This document shows positions 27,937 through 36,346 of a stretch of DNA of 64,000 bases, piece by piece. Location of the stretch: the sequence record EU863408, one strand, 5' to 3'. The DNA is from Escherichia phage JSE. Every line of letters begins with the position of its first letter. The stretch's first letter is position 1. Position numbers and translations under genes: made by a program. The notes under the pieces are model-generated. The model did no database searches. It worked only from the letters and a program-made list of their open reading frames with translations, and was not told the origin of the DNA.

Positions 27937-28272
27937 TTAAACCAAATTAACTTTGGTGTTGTGGTGGTTTTCTCGTGCGTCGTCCGCTTCTTCCGGTGTC
28001 ACGTTACGAGCGACGACAATAACACTTGCTGCCTCTCCGTGATGATAGATCTCTACCCAATGGTTATGATTTGCGAATCCGTGTTTTATTGCGTAAGCGA
28101 ACGGCTTAGACGTCCAGTAGTAACTATAATATCGTACATTTAGATCGCTATCAATGTACAAATATGTGCTGTCGTTTACATTGCCACTAACAACAAAAAC
28201 AAGACAATTGCGAAGATCTGACAATATTTTGTCTGTCAATTTTATAATGTGACTGTTCATAATTAACACCAC
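27937..28272 (-). CDS. HxHW-family small protein
   Basis: YLYIDSDL ... HNHW ... VARNVTPEEAD; tandem with 27587..27922. Confidence 0.55.
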   Translation of the reverse strand: MVLIMNSHIIKLTDKILSDLRNCLVFVVSGNVNDSTYLYIDSDLNVRYYSYYWTSKPFAYAIKHGFANHNHWVEIYHHGEAASVIVVARNVTPEEADDARENHHNTKVNLV

Positions 28273-28478
28273 TCAAGAGTTTTTGAAAACACATCTATCC
28301 ATTGTTGAGTATATGCGGTTTCTTTCCATGACACAATACCAGTCGAATAATGGTTTTTGTTTCCAGAAAAGGACGGGCATTTTGATGCATCTTCCATCAT
28401 CTTTTCGGCGAACTCTGGTTCGTATACCCGCAGAATCTGTTGATATGCTTTGTATTCTTTAAATTTGCTCATAATCAT
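28263..28478 (-). CDS. hypothetical protein
   Basis: 71 aa ORF. Confidence 0.4.
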   Translation of the reverse strand: MIMSKFKEYKAYQQILRVYEPEFAEKMMEDASKCPSFSGNKNHYSTGIVSWKETAYTQQWIDVFSKTLEWC

Positions 28479-28737
28479 TCACTACCTTATCAGCTTCTTT
28501 TGTTGTTTTTACATCAACTGCGATAACCCGTAAAGGTTCGTCATGGTTCCACCAATGATCGTGAATATCGGCTTGTGATTTATCACCAAAGGAATCACGA
28601 ATATCATTTTTACATTTATAGCTAATGTGACCGTCATAGTCAACATAAAGGTAATTATCGAAAATCGGCGTTTTTAAGATCATACCGAAAAATCTTTCTT
28701 TGTGTGTCTTATCCAGTGTTGCAGTAATTCGCATCAT
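28459..28737 (-). CDS. HxHW-family small protein
   Basis: YLYVDYDG ... HDHWW ... VIAVDVKTTKEAD. Confidence 0.5.
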   Translation of the reverse strand: MMRITATLDKTHKERFFGMILKTPIFDNYLYVDYDGHISYKCKNDIRDSFGDKSQADIHDHWWNHDEPLRVIAVDVKTTKEADKVVNDYEQI

Positions 28738-28749
28738 AATATATTCCTC

Positions 28750-28929
28750 TTAGAAAGGGATGGTCATTTCTTGAGCTTGTACATTCTCGTTAGGATTAAA
28801 CTTCATCCAACCGATATTGTCTACCAGCATATGCACATTTTTATCATATCCTACGTGGGTAGTCAATACTGTATGTGCTTTACCTTCAACGATGATTTCC
28901 ATGTACTTCTGAACTTCGATAGCTTTCAT
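28750..28929 (-). CDS. hypothetical small protein (59 aa)
   Basis: GGAGAATCAAA-ATG start context; promoter cassette at 28962-28990; not in track. Confidence 0.4.
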   Translation of the reverse strand: MKAIEVQKYMEIIVEGKAHTVLTTHVGYDKNVHMLVDNIGWMKFNPNENVQAQEMTIPF

Positions 28930-28961
28930 TTTGATTCTCCGTTTGTTGTCTTGATGGGAGT

Positions 28962-28990
28962 ATCTTACTACTCCCTTTAATCATTGTCAA
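28962..28990 (-). promoter_or_regulatory. early promoter cassette, weak -10 (TAAGAT)
   Basis: TTGACA plus GGGAGTA/TACTCCC palindrome. Confidence 0.4.
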
Positions 28991-28993
28991 CTA

Positions 28994-29161
28994 TTATTTG
29001 TTAATTTCCGGTGCGTTGCTTGGATAGTAGCCTTCTTTAACACCCAGATATTTTGCAACCATTCCGGTGATCTTCTGTGCTACTACGATATCGAATTTCA
29101 GGTAGTCTTCACCGTGGTTTGCTACAATGTATGCTTCGCATTCTGCTTTAGTCTGGAACAT
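28994..29161 (-). CDS. hypothetical small protein (55 aa), copy B of a duplicated gene
   Basis: Paralog of 25515..25682; start placed at ATG 29161 because the longer track ORF would include the promoter. Confidence 0.45.
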   Translation of the reverse strand: MFQTKAECEAYIVANHGEDYLKFDIVVAQKITGMVAKYLGVKEGYYPSNAPEINK

Positions 29162-29195
29162 TTTTGATTCTCCTATATCTCGTTGGTATGTGTGC

Positions 29196-29224
29196 ATTAT
29201 AGGGGATCACCGATCCCCTGTCAA
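29196..29224 (-). promoter_or_regulatory. early promoter with stem-loop spacer (PeSL-like)
   Basis: TTGACA, GGGGATCGGTGATCCCC, TATAAT. Confidence 0.6.
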
Positions 29225-29229
29225 CAACT

Positions 29230-29524
29230 TTATAATGCTTTATATGCGTATTTCATAAATTTGTCTGCCACTTCATTGGCATGTTCAGATTCTACGCCTG
29301 ATTCGAGAACAATAGCTAGGTCGGTTTCGTCATTCCCGCCGTACCAATGATTTGATGTTCGATTTTTTTCAATTGGAAATTGGTCACTTTTATCTGTGCG
29401 ACAAAATACATCTAAATGCTCATCGATGTAAAAGATCCAATCTTCATAAAGAATAACGGGTATTAGCAAGATTTTTATTGCCTTCAACGAAAGGTTCGGC
29501 TACAAACAAATTAGTATGTTCCAT
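29230..29524 (-). pseudogene. HxHW-family small protein, frameshifted at an A5/T5 tract (29472-29476)
   Basis: ATG at 29524 with TATAAT and GAGG upstream reads 26 codons then stops; the family body (IFYIDEHL ... SNHW ...) continues in the +1 frame. Confidence 0.4.
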
Positions 29525-29540
29525 AGTAATTTCCTCAAAA

Positions 29541-29732
29541 TTATACAGCTTCGTAAACTTCCCAATGTCCAACACCAGCACGCTTAACGAAAAGGTTTTC
29601 TTTGATGTTATTCATAAACGTCTGGATGGATTTAATGCGGTTTGAAGGTTTCCATTCTTCGTTGGAATTGCGGCGATACATAATAACATTACCAGTTCGC
29701 TTATATTCAGCAACCATTTTAAGACAACACAT
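29541..29732 (-). CDS. hypothetical protein
   Basis: 63 aa ORF. Confidence 0.35.
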   Translation of the reverse strand: MCCLKMVAEYKRTGNVIMYRRNSNEEWKPSNRIKSIQTFMNNIKENLFVKRAGVGHWEVYEAV

Positions 29733-29788
29733 AATATTATCCTCAATTTGTGGGAGAGTATTACCCCTCCCGATGTTGTTATATTACA

Positions 29789-30109
29789 TTACACAAAATG
29801 GCGTGTCAATGCTTCTTTTGCGGTTCCGCTAAGACTTTCGATCTCGCCTGGCATAACATCAACCGCCAGAACTTCTACAACATCCTCGGACCCTAACCAG
29901 TGAGTATGGCCTTTGTAGAACTTGATAACCAGACTACCTTCCTCGTCCCATTTAACGCTATCGCTAGCCCACCACACATCACCGTCGATAAAGTTGATGT
30001 AAAGCACACTACGCCACATTGAATTAATTACTTTCAATACTGCGCCTTTCATCTCTTCCACGGTATGGTCTTCCATTTTGAAGACCTCACCTACCTGAAC
30101 TTTTGCCAT
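29789..30109 (-). CDS. HxHW-family small protein
   Basis: GHTHW ... VLAVDVMPGE; start placed at ATG 30109 right after the stop of the upstream ORF. Confidence 0.5.
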   Translation of the reverse strand: MAKVQVGEVFKMEDHTVEEMKGAVLKVINSMWRSVLYINFIDGDVWWASDSVKWDEEGSLVIKFYKGHTHWLGSEDVVEVLAVDVMPGEIESLSGTAKEALTRHFV

Positions 30110-30110
30110 G

Positions 30111-30377
30111 TTACATGCTCCGAATATGTTTAGCTGCATCTTCCAGTTCGTCGATAGTGACACTGTGTGCCAGTAAGTGTACTGGTTGTGGTTCTTCACC
30201 TTCCATAGTATTGATCAGATGACCGTTTCCTGGGTGGAATGTATCGTTGCCGTTCCAAATAGCATACACATCATCTTCTGTTACGTAGATAATAAGTCCA
30301 ATCGGTGATTCTGGTAATTGAAAAATTTTACCCACTGCATCTTTGCGATTGTTTACGATATCTTTTACTGTCTTCAT
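30111..30377 (-). CDS. hypothetical protein, divergent relative of the HxHW family
   Basis: IYVTEDDVY and LLAHSVTIDELEDA resemble family blocks. Confidence 0.4.
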   Translation of the reverse strand: MKTVKDIVNNRKDAVGKIFQLPESPIGLIIYVTEDDVYAIWNGNDTFHPGNGHLINTMEGEEPQPVHLLAHSVTIDELEDAAKHIRSM

Positions 30378-30396
30378 TTAGTTACCTCTCGTTAAA

Positions 30397-30576
30397 TTAC
30401 ATCACAATCACGCCAGCCGTTGAAAGTTGATGTTTCAACTGAGCATTTTCTGCTACTGTCAAATCAATGATTTCTTGTGACGCTGCAATCATATAGCCAT
30501 TGGTGATATTGTTTTGCATCAGTTCAATGGTTTCTTCGTTGTAGCGGATTTTAGCGATGATTTCGTTGAAGTTCAT
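30397..30576 (-). CDS. hypothetical small protein (59 aa)
   Basis: Promoter cassette at 30611-30640 and GGAGAATCAAAC-ATG start context; not in track. Confidence 0.4.
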   Translation of the reverse strand: MNFNEIIAKIRYNEETIELMQNNITNGYMIAASQEIIDLTVAENAQLKHQLSTAGVIVM

Positions 30577-30610
30577 GTTTGATTCTCCTAGTTCGTTTCG
30601 GTATGTGTGT

Positions 30611-30640
30611 ATTATAGGGGAGTTTAACCTCCCCTGTCAA
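30611..30640 (-). promoter_or_regulatory. early promoter with stem-loop spacer (PeSL-like)
   Basis: TTGACA, GGGGAGGTTAAACTCCCC, TATAAT. Confidence 0.55.
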
Positions 30641-30648
30641 CAACTTTT

Positions 30649-30960
30649 TTAAAGTTTTTCCATGATAACGGTCATAATTACATCTTCTGCGCGAGCGGTC
30701 AGATTATCAGCGTCAGCATGTGGGCGGTTGGTTGTTACAGAGATAACACCGTTGCGCACTGGTTTGATATTGATATCAAGATGATCCGCGAAACGTTCGC
30801 CAGTTACAGAATGAATTTTGGTGTTAAATTCTTTTGCCAGTGCCTTGCGAACTTCACGAATCAGGATAGCGTTTTTCAGTTGGTTCTCCGCGCTCATGGT
30901 CTTCTGGGTGTTCATGGTTCCGTCGAAGTCAATCATTGGCAGCGTTACGATGTATTTCAT
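30649..30960 (-). CDS. hypothetical protein
   Basis: 103 aa ORF with promoter cassette at 31006-31034. Confidence 0.5.
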   Translation of the reverse strand: MKYIVTLPMIDFDGTMNTQKTMSAENQLKNAILIREVRKALAKEFNTKIHSVTGERFADHLDINIKPVRNGVISVTTNRPHADADNLTARAEDVIMTVIMEKL

Positions 30961-31005
30961 TTTTGATTCTCCGTTTAAGAAAGTGTGTTTCGTTTTGATG
31001 TGTGT

Positions 31006-31034
31006 AGTATAGGGGATACGTGATCCCCTGTCAA
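31006..31034 (-). promoter_or_regulatory. early promoter with stem-loop spacer (PeSL-like)
   Basis: TTGACA, GGGGATCACGTATCCCC, TATACT. Confidence 0.5.
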
Positions 31035-31047
31035 CAACTTTTTTGAA

Positions 31048-31392
31048 TTATTTTTTCATGAGCTTAATGGCTTCTTCCATAGCCAGCACATTTCGATAGT
31101 TAGGGTATCGTGTTAGATCGTCATACATTCGCTTAAGGGTGGAAACTTCCTCAAACTCTGGGTTTTCTAGATACAGTTGAACAAATTGTTTCTCTACCAT
31201 CTCGGCTTTTAGCTTGTCTGCTTGTTCCTGTTCATATGATTTCGTTGGACCCAACACCAACAAAATGATAAAGGTGATCAACGGGCTAATGATCAATGAT
31301 AGGATAACATAACCGATAACGCTACGGTTTAAACGGCTTGCGTACATGCCTACCAGGAAAACAAAAAGGATATAGATAAACAGAAAGAACAT
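31048..31392 (-). CDS. small membrane protein
   Basis: Two hydrophobic helices at the N-terminus. Confidence 0.5.
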   Translation of the reverse strand: MFFLFIYILFVFLVGMYASRLNRSVIGYVILSLIISPLITFIILLVLGPTKSYEQEQADKLKAEMVEKQFVQLYLENPEFEEVSTLKRMYDDLTRYPNYRNVLAMEEAIKLMKK

Positions 31393-31399
31393 ATAATAG

Positions 31400-31873
31400 T
31401 TACTCCTTATTTTCGCGCTCGTACTTTTCGAAATAAAATTCTACTGGCTGGTCATGAATTGACAGCAAGCCAAAGCGTTTAGCCGCTCGCAATCCCATAT
31501 TGCGCTGAATATACTTCTGGAAGTTCTCGCGTATACACTTACGCCAGTATTCTAAGCCCATACAGCTTTTATAAAGATTGCATTGTACACACGCCGGATT
31601 CATGTTATCAAGTATATCATGTTCCGGTTTATGCATTCCTACGACCTTATACTTCCACGATCCATCATCATTACGGGCAATTCGTCCATTTTCATCATAG
31701 ACTACCTTTGAGCGTCGCAATACTGGTTTGATGTGGTCTGCGTGCCAGCGATCCCCTAGTTCCTCGCCACAATAGGCACAACGTCCACCATATTTCATTT
31801 TCAGGATCTGGCGTTGCTCTTTCTTTGACAATTTTTTAGGTTTAGGGGCTTTCGCCCCTTCATTATCACACAT
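31400..31873 (-). CDS. HNH endonuclease
   Basis: CAYCGEEL ... WHADHIKP ... CVQCN HNH zinc-finger motif; overlaps the ligase 3' end. Confidence 0.65.
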   Translation of the reverse strand: MCDNEGAKAPKPKKLSKKEQRQILKMKYGGRCAYCGEELGDRWHADHIKPVLRRSKVVYDENGRIARNDDGSWKYKVVGMHKPEHDILDNMNPACVQCNLYKSCMGLEYWRKCIRENFQKYIQRNMGLRAAKRFGLLSIHDQPVEFYFEKYERENKE

Positions 31874-33368
31874 CGAATACCTCTTTTACTGTATTTGCAG
31901 TGGTCTTGTCGTAGCGAATACGTTTGATGATTGGGAGAAATAAAGAGAACTCCGGTTCATCTTCTTTACGTGATTTGCTGCGGATATACCCGTTGCATGT
32001 CATCTCAATGACTTTTCCAATCAGGTTATGACGGTCAGCCCATAACATTTCTCGGTCGAGTTCATTTCGACGATCGAACGGAATTACACGTTCAGTACCA
32101 TCATCACCTTTTTCGGTTGTAGTGTCGGTTAATCCCGATCCGGTGTTAGTCATCATTCGTCCGCACGCACTACGGACAGTAAAACCGCCTACCTTATTGG
32201 GGTCTTTACTATGCGGATATACATCAACAATTTCCGCGTCGAAGTCAATCACTTCTTTAAATTTAACCTGATCTTTACTACGGCGATCTTCAAATACACC
32301 ATGTAAATTTTTAAGGATAATACCTTCTAAGCCCATGTTTACATAGCGATGATATACTTCGCGAGCTTCATCTATATTGTTAACTACAGTGTTTTCGATT
32401 ATCTGAACACGAGGATCGTTAAGTTCTTCAACAATCTGTTTTAGTTCTTCGAATCGATCTTTATATTGCTTCGTTGCTTTCTCGTTTCCGTAATACACAT
32501 CACGGTCGATAACATCCCAGACAGTGTAAACAATACATTGGGCTTCTTCTTTTGGAATAGTTCCTTTCAGTGATTTGTTGAGGATACCATTTACGGTCTG
32601 ACGATCTGCAACAACGGATTCTTTTACTGCTTCCGCTACTGGCGTTAATGGCATTTCCTCTTCTTCAAATATCCATGACAGAGTACCATCATAAACGCTT
32701 TCAACGAAGTTCTGCGCTGGTGTTTGCGAAAGGGTAGGCATATATACCAATTCCCCATCTAGAACAATTCCACGGCCTCGTAGACGCTCTAAAACAGCAA
32801 ACAAATCATCCAGCCCCTGATAGGTATTACCTGAACGGGTATAGATTGCTAATGTTTCCCCGTCAATATCAGCCATCCCACGAGCGCCATCGCTTTTAAG
32901 TTGTGCATACGCCGGATACTTGATATTAGCAATAGTCTTATCAGAACATGACGATGCAAGGTGACACGGTTGCTGGGGGATCAGTTTCTTCCATACCTTG
33001 TTTGCAGTGGTAGCTGAACAGCCGCATTCCAGATCACGATTCAGGACCATCATTGCAACTTTAGCATCATCCTCTGACAAGCAAGTCAGAGTATCGGTAA
33101 CTAGCTGTAATGCTGCATTACCAGTTACTTGACGCGTGGCAAGTTTATTTTTAAAGACCTGTAATGCACCGGATAAAGACAATACAGACGAATAACGCGA
33201 TGGTTTATCGTATTTCTTTACGCCAAACGTAACCTGTTTGCAATATGCCAGATAAAAACATTCTTTCAGTGTTTCATTGCTTGCAGATTCTTTCAGGATC
33301 TTTTCTTTCAGCGATGTTTTGTCTGTTGCTGCAAGCTGGTTAATGATATTAAGAATTGACATTTTCAC
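31866..33368 (-). CDS. 30: ATP-dependent DNA ligase gp30
   Basis: 500 aa; colinear with T4 DNA ligase, including a lysine-containing YAQLKSDGAR segment and GIILKN. Confidence 0.95.
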   Translation of the reverse strand: MKMSILNIINQLAATDKTSLKEKILKESASNETLKECFYLAYCKQVTFGVKKYDKPSRYSSVLSLSGALQVFKNKLATRQVTGNAALQLVTDTLTCLSEDDAKVAMMVLNRDLECGCSATTANKVWKKLIPQQPCHLASSCSDKTIANIKYPAYAQLKSDGARGMADIDGETLAIYTRSGNTYQGLDDLFAVLERLRGRGIVLDGELVYMPTLSQTPAQNFVESVYDGTLSWIFEEEEMPLTPVAEAVKESVVADRQTVNGILNKSLKGTIPKEEAQCIVYTVWDVIDRDVYYGNEKATKQYKDRFEELKQIVEELNDPRVQIIENTVVNNIDEAREVYHRYVNMGLEGIILKNLHGVFEDRRSKDQVKFKEVIDFDAEIVDVYPHSKDPNKVGGFTVRSACGRMMTNTGSGLTDTTTEKGDDGTERVIPFDRRNELDREMLWADRHNLIGKVIEMTCNGYIRSKSRKEDEPEFSLFLPIIKRIRYDKTTANTVKEVFDV

Positions 33369-33828
33369 CTCGTTTTGTTAAACGTTCACGAATATCATTG
33401 AGGATACTACAAAATTCCGATTCAGTCAATATAGTCTTTAACGGATCAGTTCCACCTATGCTATGACGTAATTTCTTATTTCCTGTAGCGAGTAATGCTT
33501 TACAAAATTCTGGGTTATTCCGTGCCATCGTAACAAATGCCAGATGTACCAGTCTGTAATAATGCTCACTCATTCGATGAATCGGGCGACCCTGAAAATA
33601 TAACATGTGATTCTCAATCTTTTCAGTTCTTCCGGTTCTTTTTGCTTTGCCACCGTGCATCAAAAAGATTTCTCTTTGTCTCTGAGGGTTCTTAAATCTT
33701 AGCCCCTGTAAAAATCCTTCTGTGCTGTTAATATCGCAACCAAATAGACGGAATGGTCTTTTATTGAAATTACTCAATTCACCCGATGGATAAGGTCCAC
33801 CCGCATAGATATCAATTTCAGAAGTCAT
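33349..33828 (-). CDS. NADAR (YbiA-like) domain protein
   Basis: GELSNF...STEGFLQGLRF and ALLATG..KL.H resemble the E. coli YbiA/NADAR family. Confidence 0.5.
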   Translation of the reverse strand: MTSEIDIYAGGPYPSGELSNFNKRPFRLFGCDINSTEGFLQGLRFKNPQRQREIFLMHGGKAKRTGRTEKIENHMLYFQGRPIHRMSEHYYRLVHLAFVTMARNNPEFCKALLATGNKKLRHSIGGTDPLKTILTESEFCSILNDIRERLTKRGENVNS

Positions 33829-33982
33829 TGAAACTAATCTCGCTAATCAGAGAGAACGGATCATAATCGTCATTAGGAATATCGATAGTAATCGAATGAG
33901 GATTTACCCATACACCAAACTGGTCTTCTTCGGTGAATACTTCGGTATGGATTTCGTGGATGTTTACATTCATAGTTTTCAT
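33818..33982 (-). CDS. hypothetical small protein (54 aa)
   Basis: Short ORF overlapping the start of the downstream gene; not in track. Confidence 0.3.
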   Translation of the reverse strand: MKTMNVNIHEIHTEVFTEEDQFGVWVNPHSITIDIPNDDYDPFSLISEISFNDF

Positions 33983-34025
33983 AATAAAATTCCTTAATAA
34001 TCAATAACTTACAAAATCATATAGC

Positions 34026-34054
34026 CAAAATATAGGCGGGATTATTTCCCGCCG
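34026..34054 (-). terminator. terminator after gene 31
   Basis: GGCGGGA-AATAA-TCCCGCC hairpin. Confidence 0.5.
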
Positions 34055-34064
34055 TTTAAAATCA

Positions 34065-34388
34065 TTAACCGTAAACTACCACAATATTCTGTTTGTGTGT
34101 TACAGTCCATTTCAGGTCGATCTCTTCTTCCTTCTTAACGCCGTTAATAACGTCTGGGTGAGGAACTTTATTCATCTTGCCATGTGGCAGTAGAACAGTT
34201 TTACCCAGCAATTCTTTATCTACAGTCTCGCCAATATCAATAATCTTACCTACCAGCGGAATCTCGCCCATAGTGCGCTTTTGCTCAATAATGATCCCCA
34301 TAGAGCTTTTTACTTCGGTCCCTGCGCTTTCTGCTTTAGCTTCGATAATTACATAATCACCAAGTGCTTTAGGAGTTTTAACGGTCAT
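34065..34388 (-). CDS. 31: co-chaperonin gp31 (GroES-like)
   Basis: 107 aa; GDYVIIEAK N-terminus, GroES-like; T4 position after gene 30 region. Confidence 0.8.
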   Translation of the reverse strand: MTVKTPKALGDYVIIEAKAESAGTEVKSSMGIIIEQKRTMGEIPLVGKIIDIGETVDKELLGKTVLLPHGKMNKVPHPDVINGVKKEEEIDLKWTVTHKQNIVVVYG

Positions 34389-34429
34389 AATTTTATTACC
34401 TCTTCAAATCAATACAGTTTAATGATGAA

Positions 34430-34750
34430 TTATTTATAAATTTCGACGATCTGCGCGGGAGTCAGCCCATCTACATTAATCAGACTATCAAGCCCAAAAC
34501 TACGGAAACCTTCAACTGCAATTTCATATACTGGCAAAGATGTTTCTGATTCTTTACGCGGTTTTTCAACATTCGGAACTAACCACTTTTCGTATGTTTC
34601 GAACGGCATCAGTGCCGGATCTCGCGTGGCGATCATCTCACGGACAGTACCATCTTTCTTAGTAAACTGCAAAGAGTGAGTACCGACCGAAAACATTTTC
34701 TTTAGTGCTTCACGAAGTGCGATATTATCAACTTGTTCAGTCATTATCAA
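34430..34750 (-). CDS. hypothetical protein
   Basis: 106 aa ORF between 31 and cd. Confidence 0.5.
   Translation of the reverse strand: MIMTEQVDNIALREALKKMFSVGTHSLQFTKKDGTVREMIATRDPALMPFETYEKWLVPNVEKPRKESETSLPVYEIAVEGFRSFGLDSLINVDGLTPAQIVEIYK
34431..34438 (-). promoter_or_regulatory. possible late promoter for gene 31
   Basis: Plus-strand TATTTATA (TATAAATA on minus) about 43 nt upstream of the gene 31 start. Confidence 0.35.
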
Positions 34751-35243
34751 TACCCTTCAAATCAGTCAATAATGCTTTTGGAATACGCGTGATCGTAATA
34801 TCTGCATTATTCAGAATATCAGCCCAATCACGCCCACCATTTCGATCATATGTGTCGCAATAGTATAGATGTTTAATTCCACTGTTTGCAATTGCTTTAG
34901 CGCAATCTGGACACGGTGAAGCAGTACACCACATACTAGCGCCTTCAATCGATACACCGCTACGGGCAGCAAACAAAATAGCATTTAATTCAGCGTGGAT
35001 CTCGTTTTTCTGTGACCATGCACTATGCTCTGGTCGTTTTTCTGGGATCATTTTGCCGTCATCATCCAGCCAACCGTTTTTATGTGCATGACAGCTACAA
35101 TTTACTTGCCCTGCTGGAGTTCCGTTAAATCCAGTAGAAATGATTCGCCCGTCTTTTTCGATCAGTGCGCCTACCTTCCACGAAACACATTTAGAGTTCT
35201 TTGCGATTAGATAGGCGATCTGCATGTAAGTTTGTGACAACAT
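34737..35243 (-). CDS. cd: dCMP deaminase
   Basis: Cytidine/deoxycytidylate deaminase zinc motifs HAELNAI and PCPDCAKAI. Confidence 0.9.
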   Translation of the reverse strand: MLSQTYMQIAYLIAKNSKCVSWKVGALIEKDGRIISTGFNGTPAGQVNCSCHAHKNGWLDDDGKMIPEKRPEHSAWSQKNEIHAELNAILFAARSGVSIEGASMWCTASPCPDCAKAIANSGIKHLYYCDTYDRNGGRDWADILNNADITITRIPKALLTDLKGIDND

Positions 35244-35264
35244 AATATAATCCTCACATATTAA

Positions 35265-35468
35265 TTAACCGTATACGCGAAAGTATTCTACCGATCCGTC
35301 GCTATACTGTTTTACATTGAATGTATTCACACCATGATCATTGCTCATAATGACATATACACTGCGACGCTCATCACCAAACGGGTTAACTGGTGCGGGT
35401 TCAATTTCAACATTAAAACCACGTTTAGCAAGTGCTTCGCCTAATTGCTTGAGTTTATCGGTAAACAT
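35265..35468 (-). CDS. hypothetical protein
   Basis: 67 aa ORF. Confidence 0.45.
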   Translation of the reverse strand: MFTDKLKQLGEALAKRGFNVEIEPAPVNPFGDERRSVYVIMSNDHGVNTFNVKQYSDGSVEYFRVYG

Positions 35469-36346
35469 TAAAAGTCTCCGTAGTTAACCTGAAAACATTC
35501 TACACCAATTGAGCGGTACATGTCAACCACTTGATCACGGTCATCTACTGCCAAAACAACATGATAACGCGGTGCAATTTCCGAGAAGAAGATCTCTTTC
35601 TTCACTTCATGGTCTGGACGTCGATCATTAGTTTCACGCTGGAAGTGATCGCTAGGTTCAATACCCTGTTCACGCAGCCATTGCAGAGTATCTTCTTCGC
35701 AAACATCCTCACGCCCTGAGCATGTAATGATACGATAACCATTATCACGATACAGTTTAAGCATTTCGATCACTTGCGGACGCGGTTTATCTTCTTTGAC
35801 CTTTGTCCAGTCAAACGGATGACGACCGCCCTTATCCGCTAATGTCCCATCAATATCAAAGATCACCGCTTTCGGTAGCATGGTATTCGGTTTGTATACT
35901 TCTTGACCCATATATTCCTGCATAAGATAAAATTGGTTGCGCAGATGAGAAAGTGGAATTGCTTTCTCGCCGCGATAGAAATTACGTTTCTTTAGTGTCT
36001 CAAATGATTCATTGAACACTTGTTCAGTATACACCGCGTTAAATTCTTTTGCAAGTTCTTTGTAGAATACACGATGTTTTTCTTTCAGGTTGGTATCAGA
36101 GATAATGATACTCAATCCGCGTGATAGAGTCTCGCGAGCAATCATTCTCTGAATAGACTCTACCAGCTTTTCTTTTTCCTTAGTATACTTGTATTTCAAA
36201 AGTGAGTCAACACCAAACAACATAAGACGAAGATCATCACGATTCACATTACGATAATTACTAAACCGTTTACATGTTTCCATAGCCCATGTAGTTTTAC
36301 CGGACCCAGAACAACCAACGGTTAAAATCACTTCACATTTCGGCAT
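35468..36346 (-). CDS. pseT: polynucleotide 5'-kinase / 3'-phosphatase
   Basis: P-loop GCSGSGKTTWA and HAD motif DIDGTL; start placed at MPKCEV overlapping the upstream stop. Confidence 0.9.
   Translation of the reverse strand: MPKCEVILTVGCSGSGKTTWAMETCKRFSNYRNVNRDDLRLMLFGVDSLLKYKYTKEKEKLVESIQRMIARETLSRGLSIIISDTNLKEKHRVFYKELAKEFNAVYTEQVFNESFETLKKRNFYRGEKAIPLSHLRNQFYLMQEYMGQEVYKPNTMLPKAVIFDIDGTLADKGGRHPFDWTKVKEDKPRPQVIEMLKLYRDNGYRIITCSGREDVCEEDTLQWLREQGIEPSDHFQRETNDRRPDHEVKKEIFFSEIAPRYHVVLAVDDRDQVVDMYRSIGVECFQVNYGDF

Noticed and set aside
23298-31040. Possible CRISPR array suggested by the recurring roughly 70 bp elements
   Set aside because: The repeats are spaced irregularly (200-1000 bp), the intervening sequences are protein-coding with ribosome-binding sites, and each repeat contains -35/-10 hexamers; these are promoter cassettes, not CRISPR repeats
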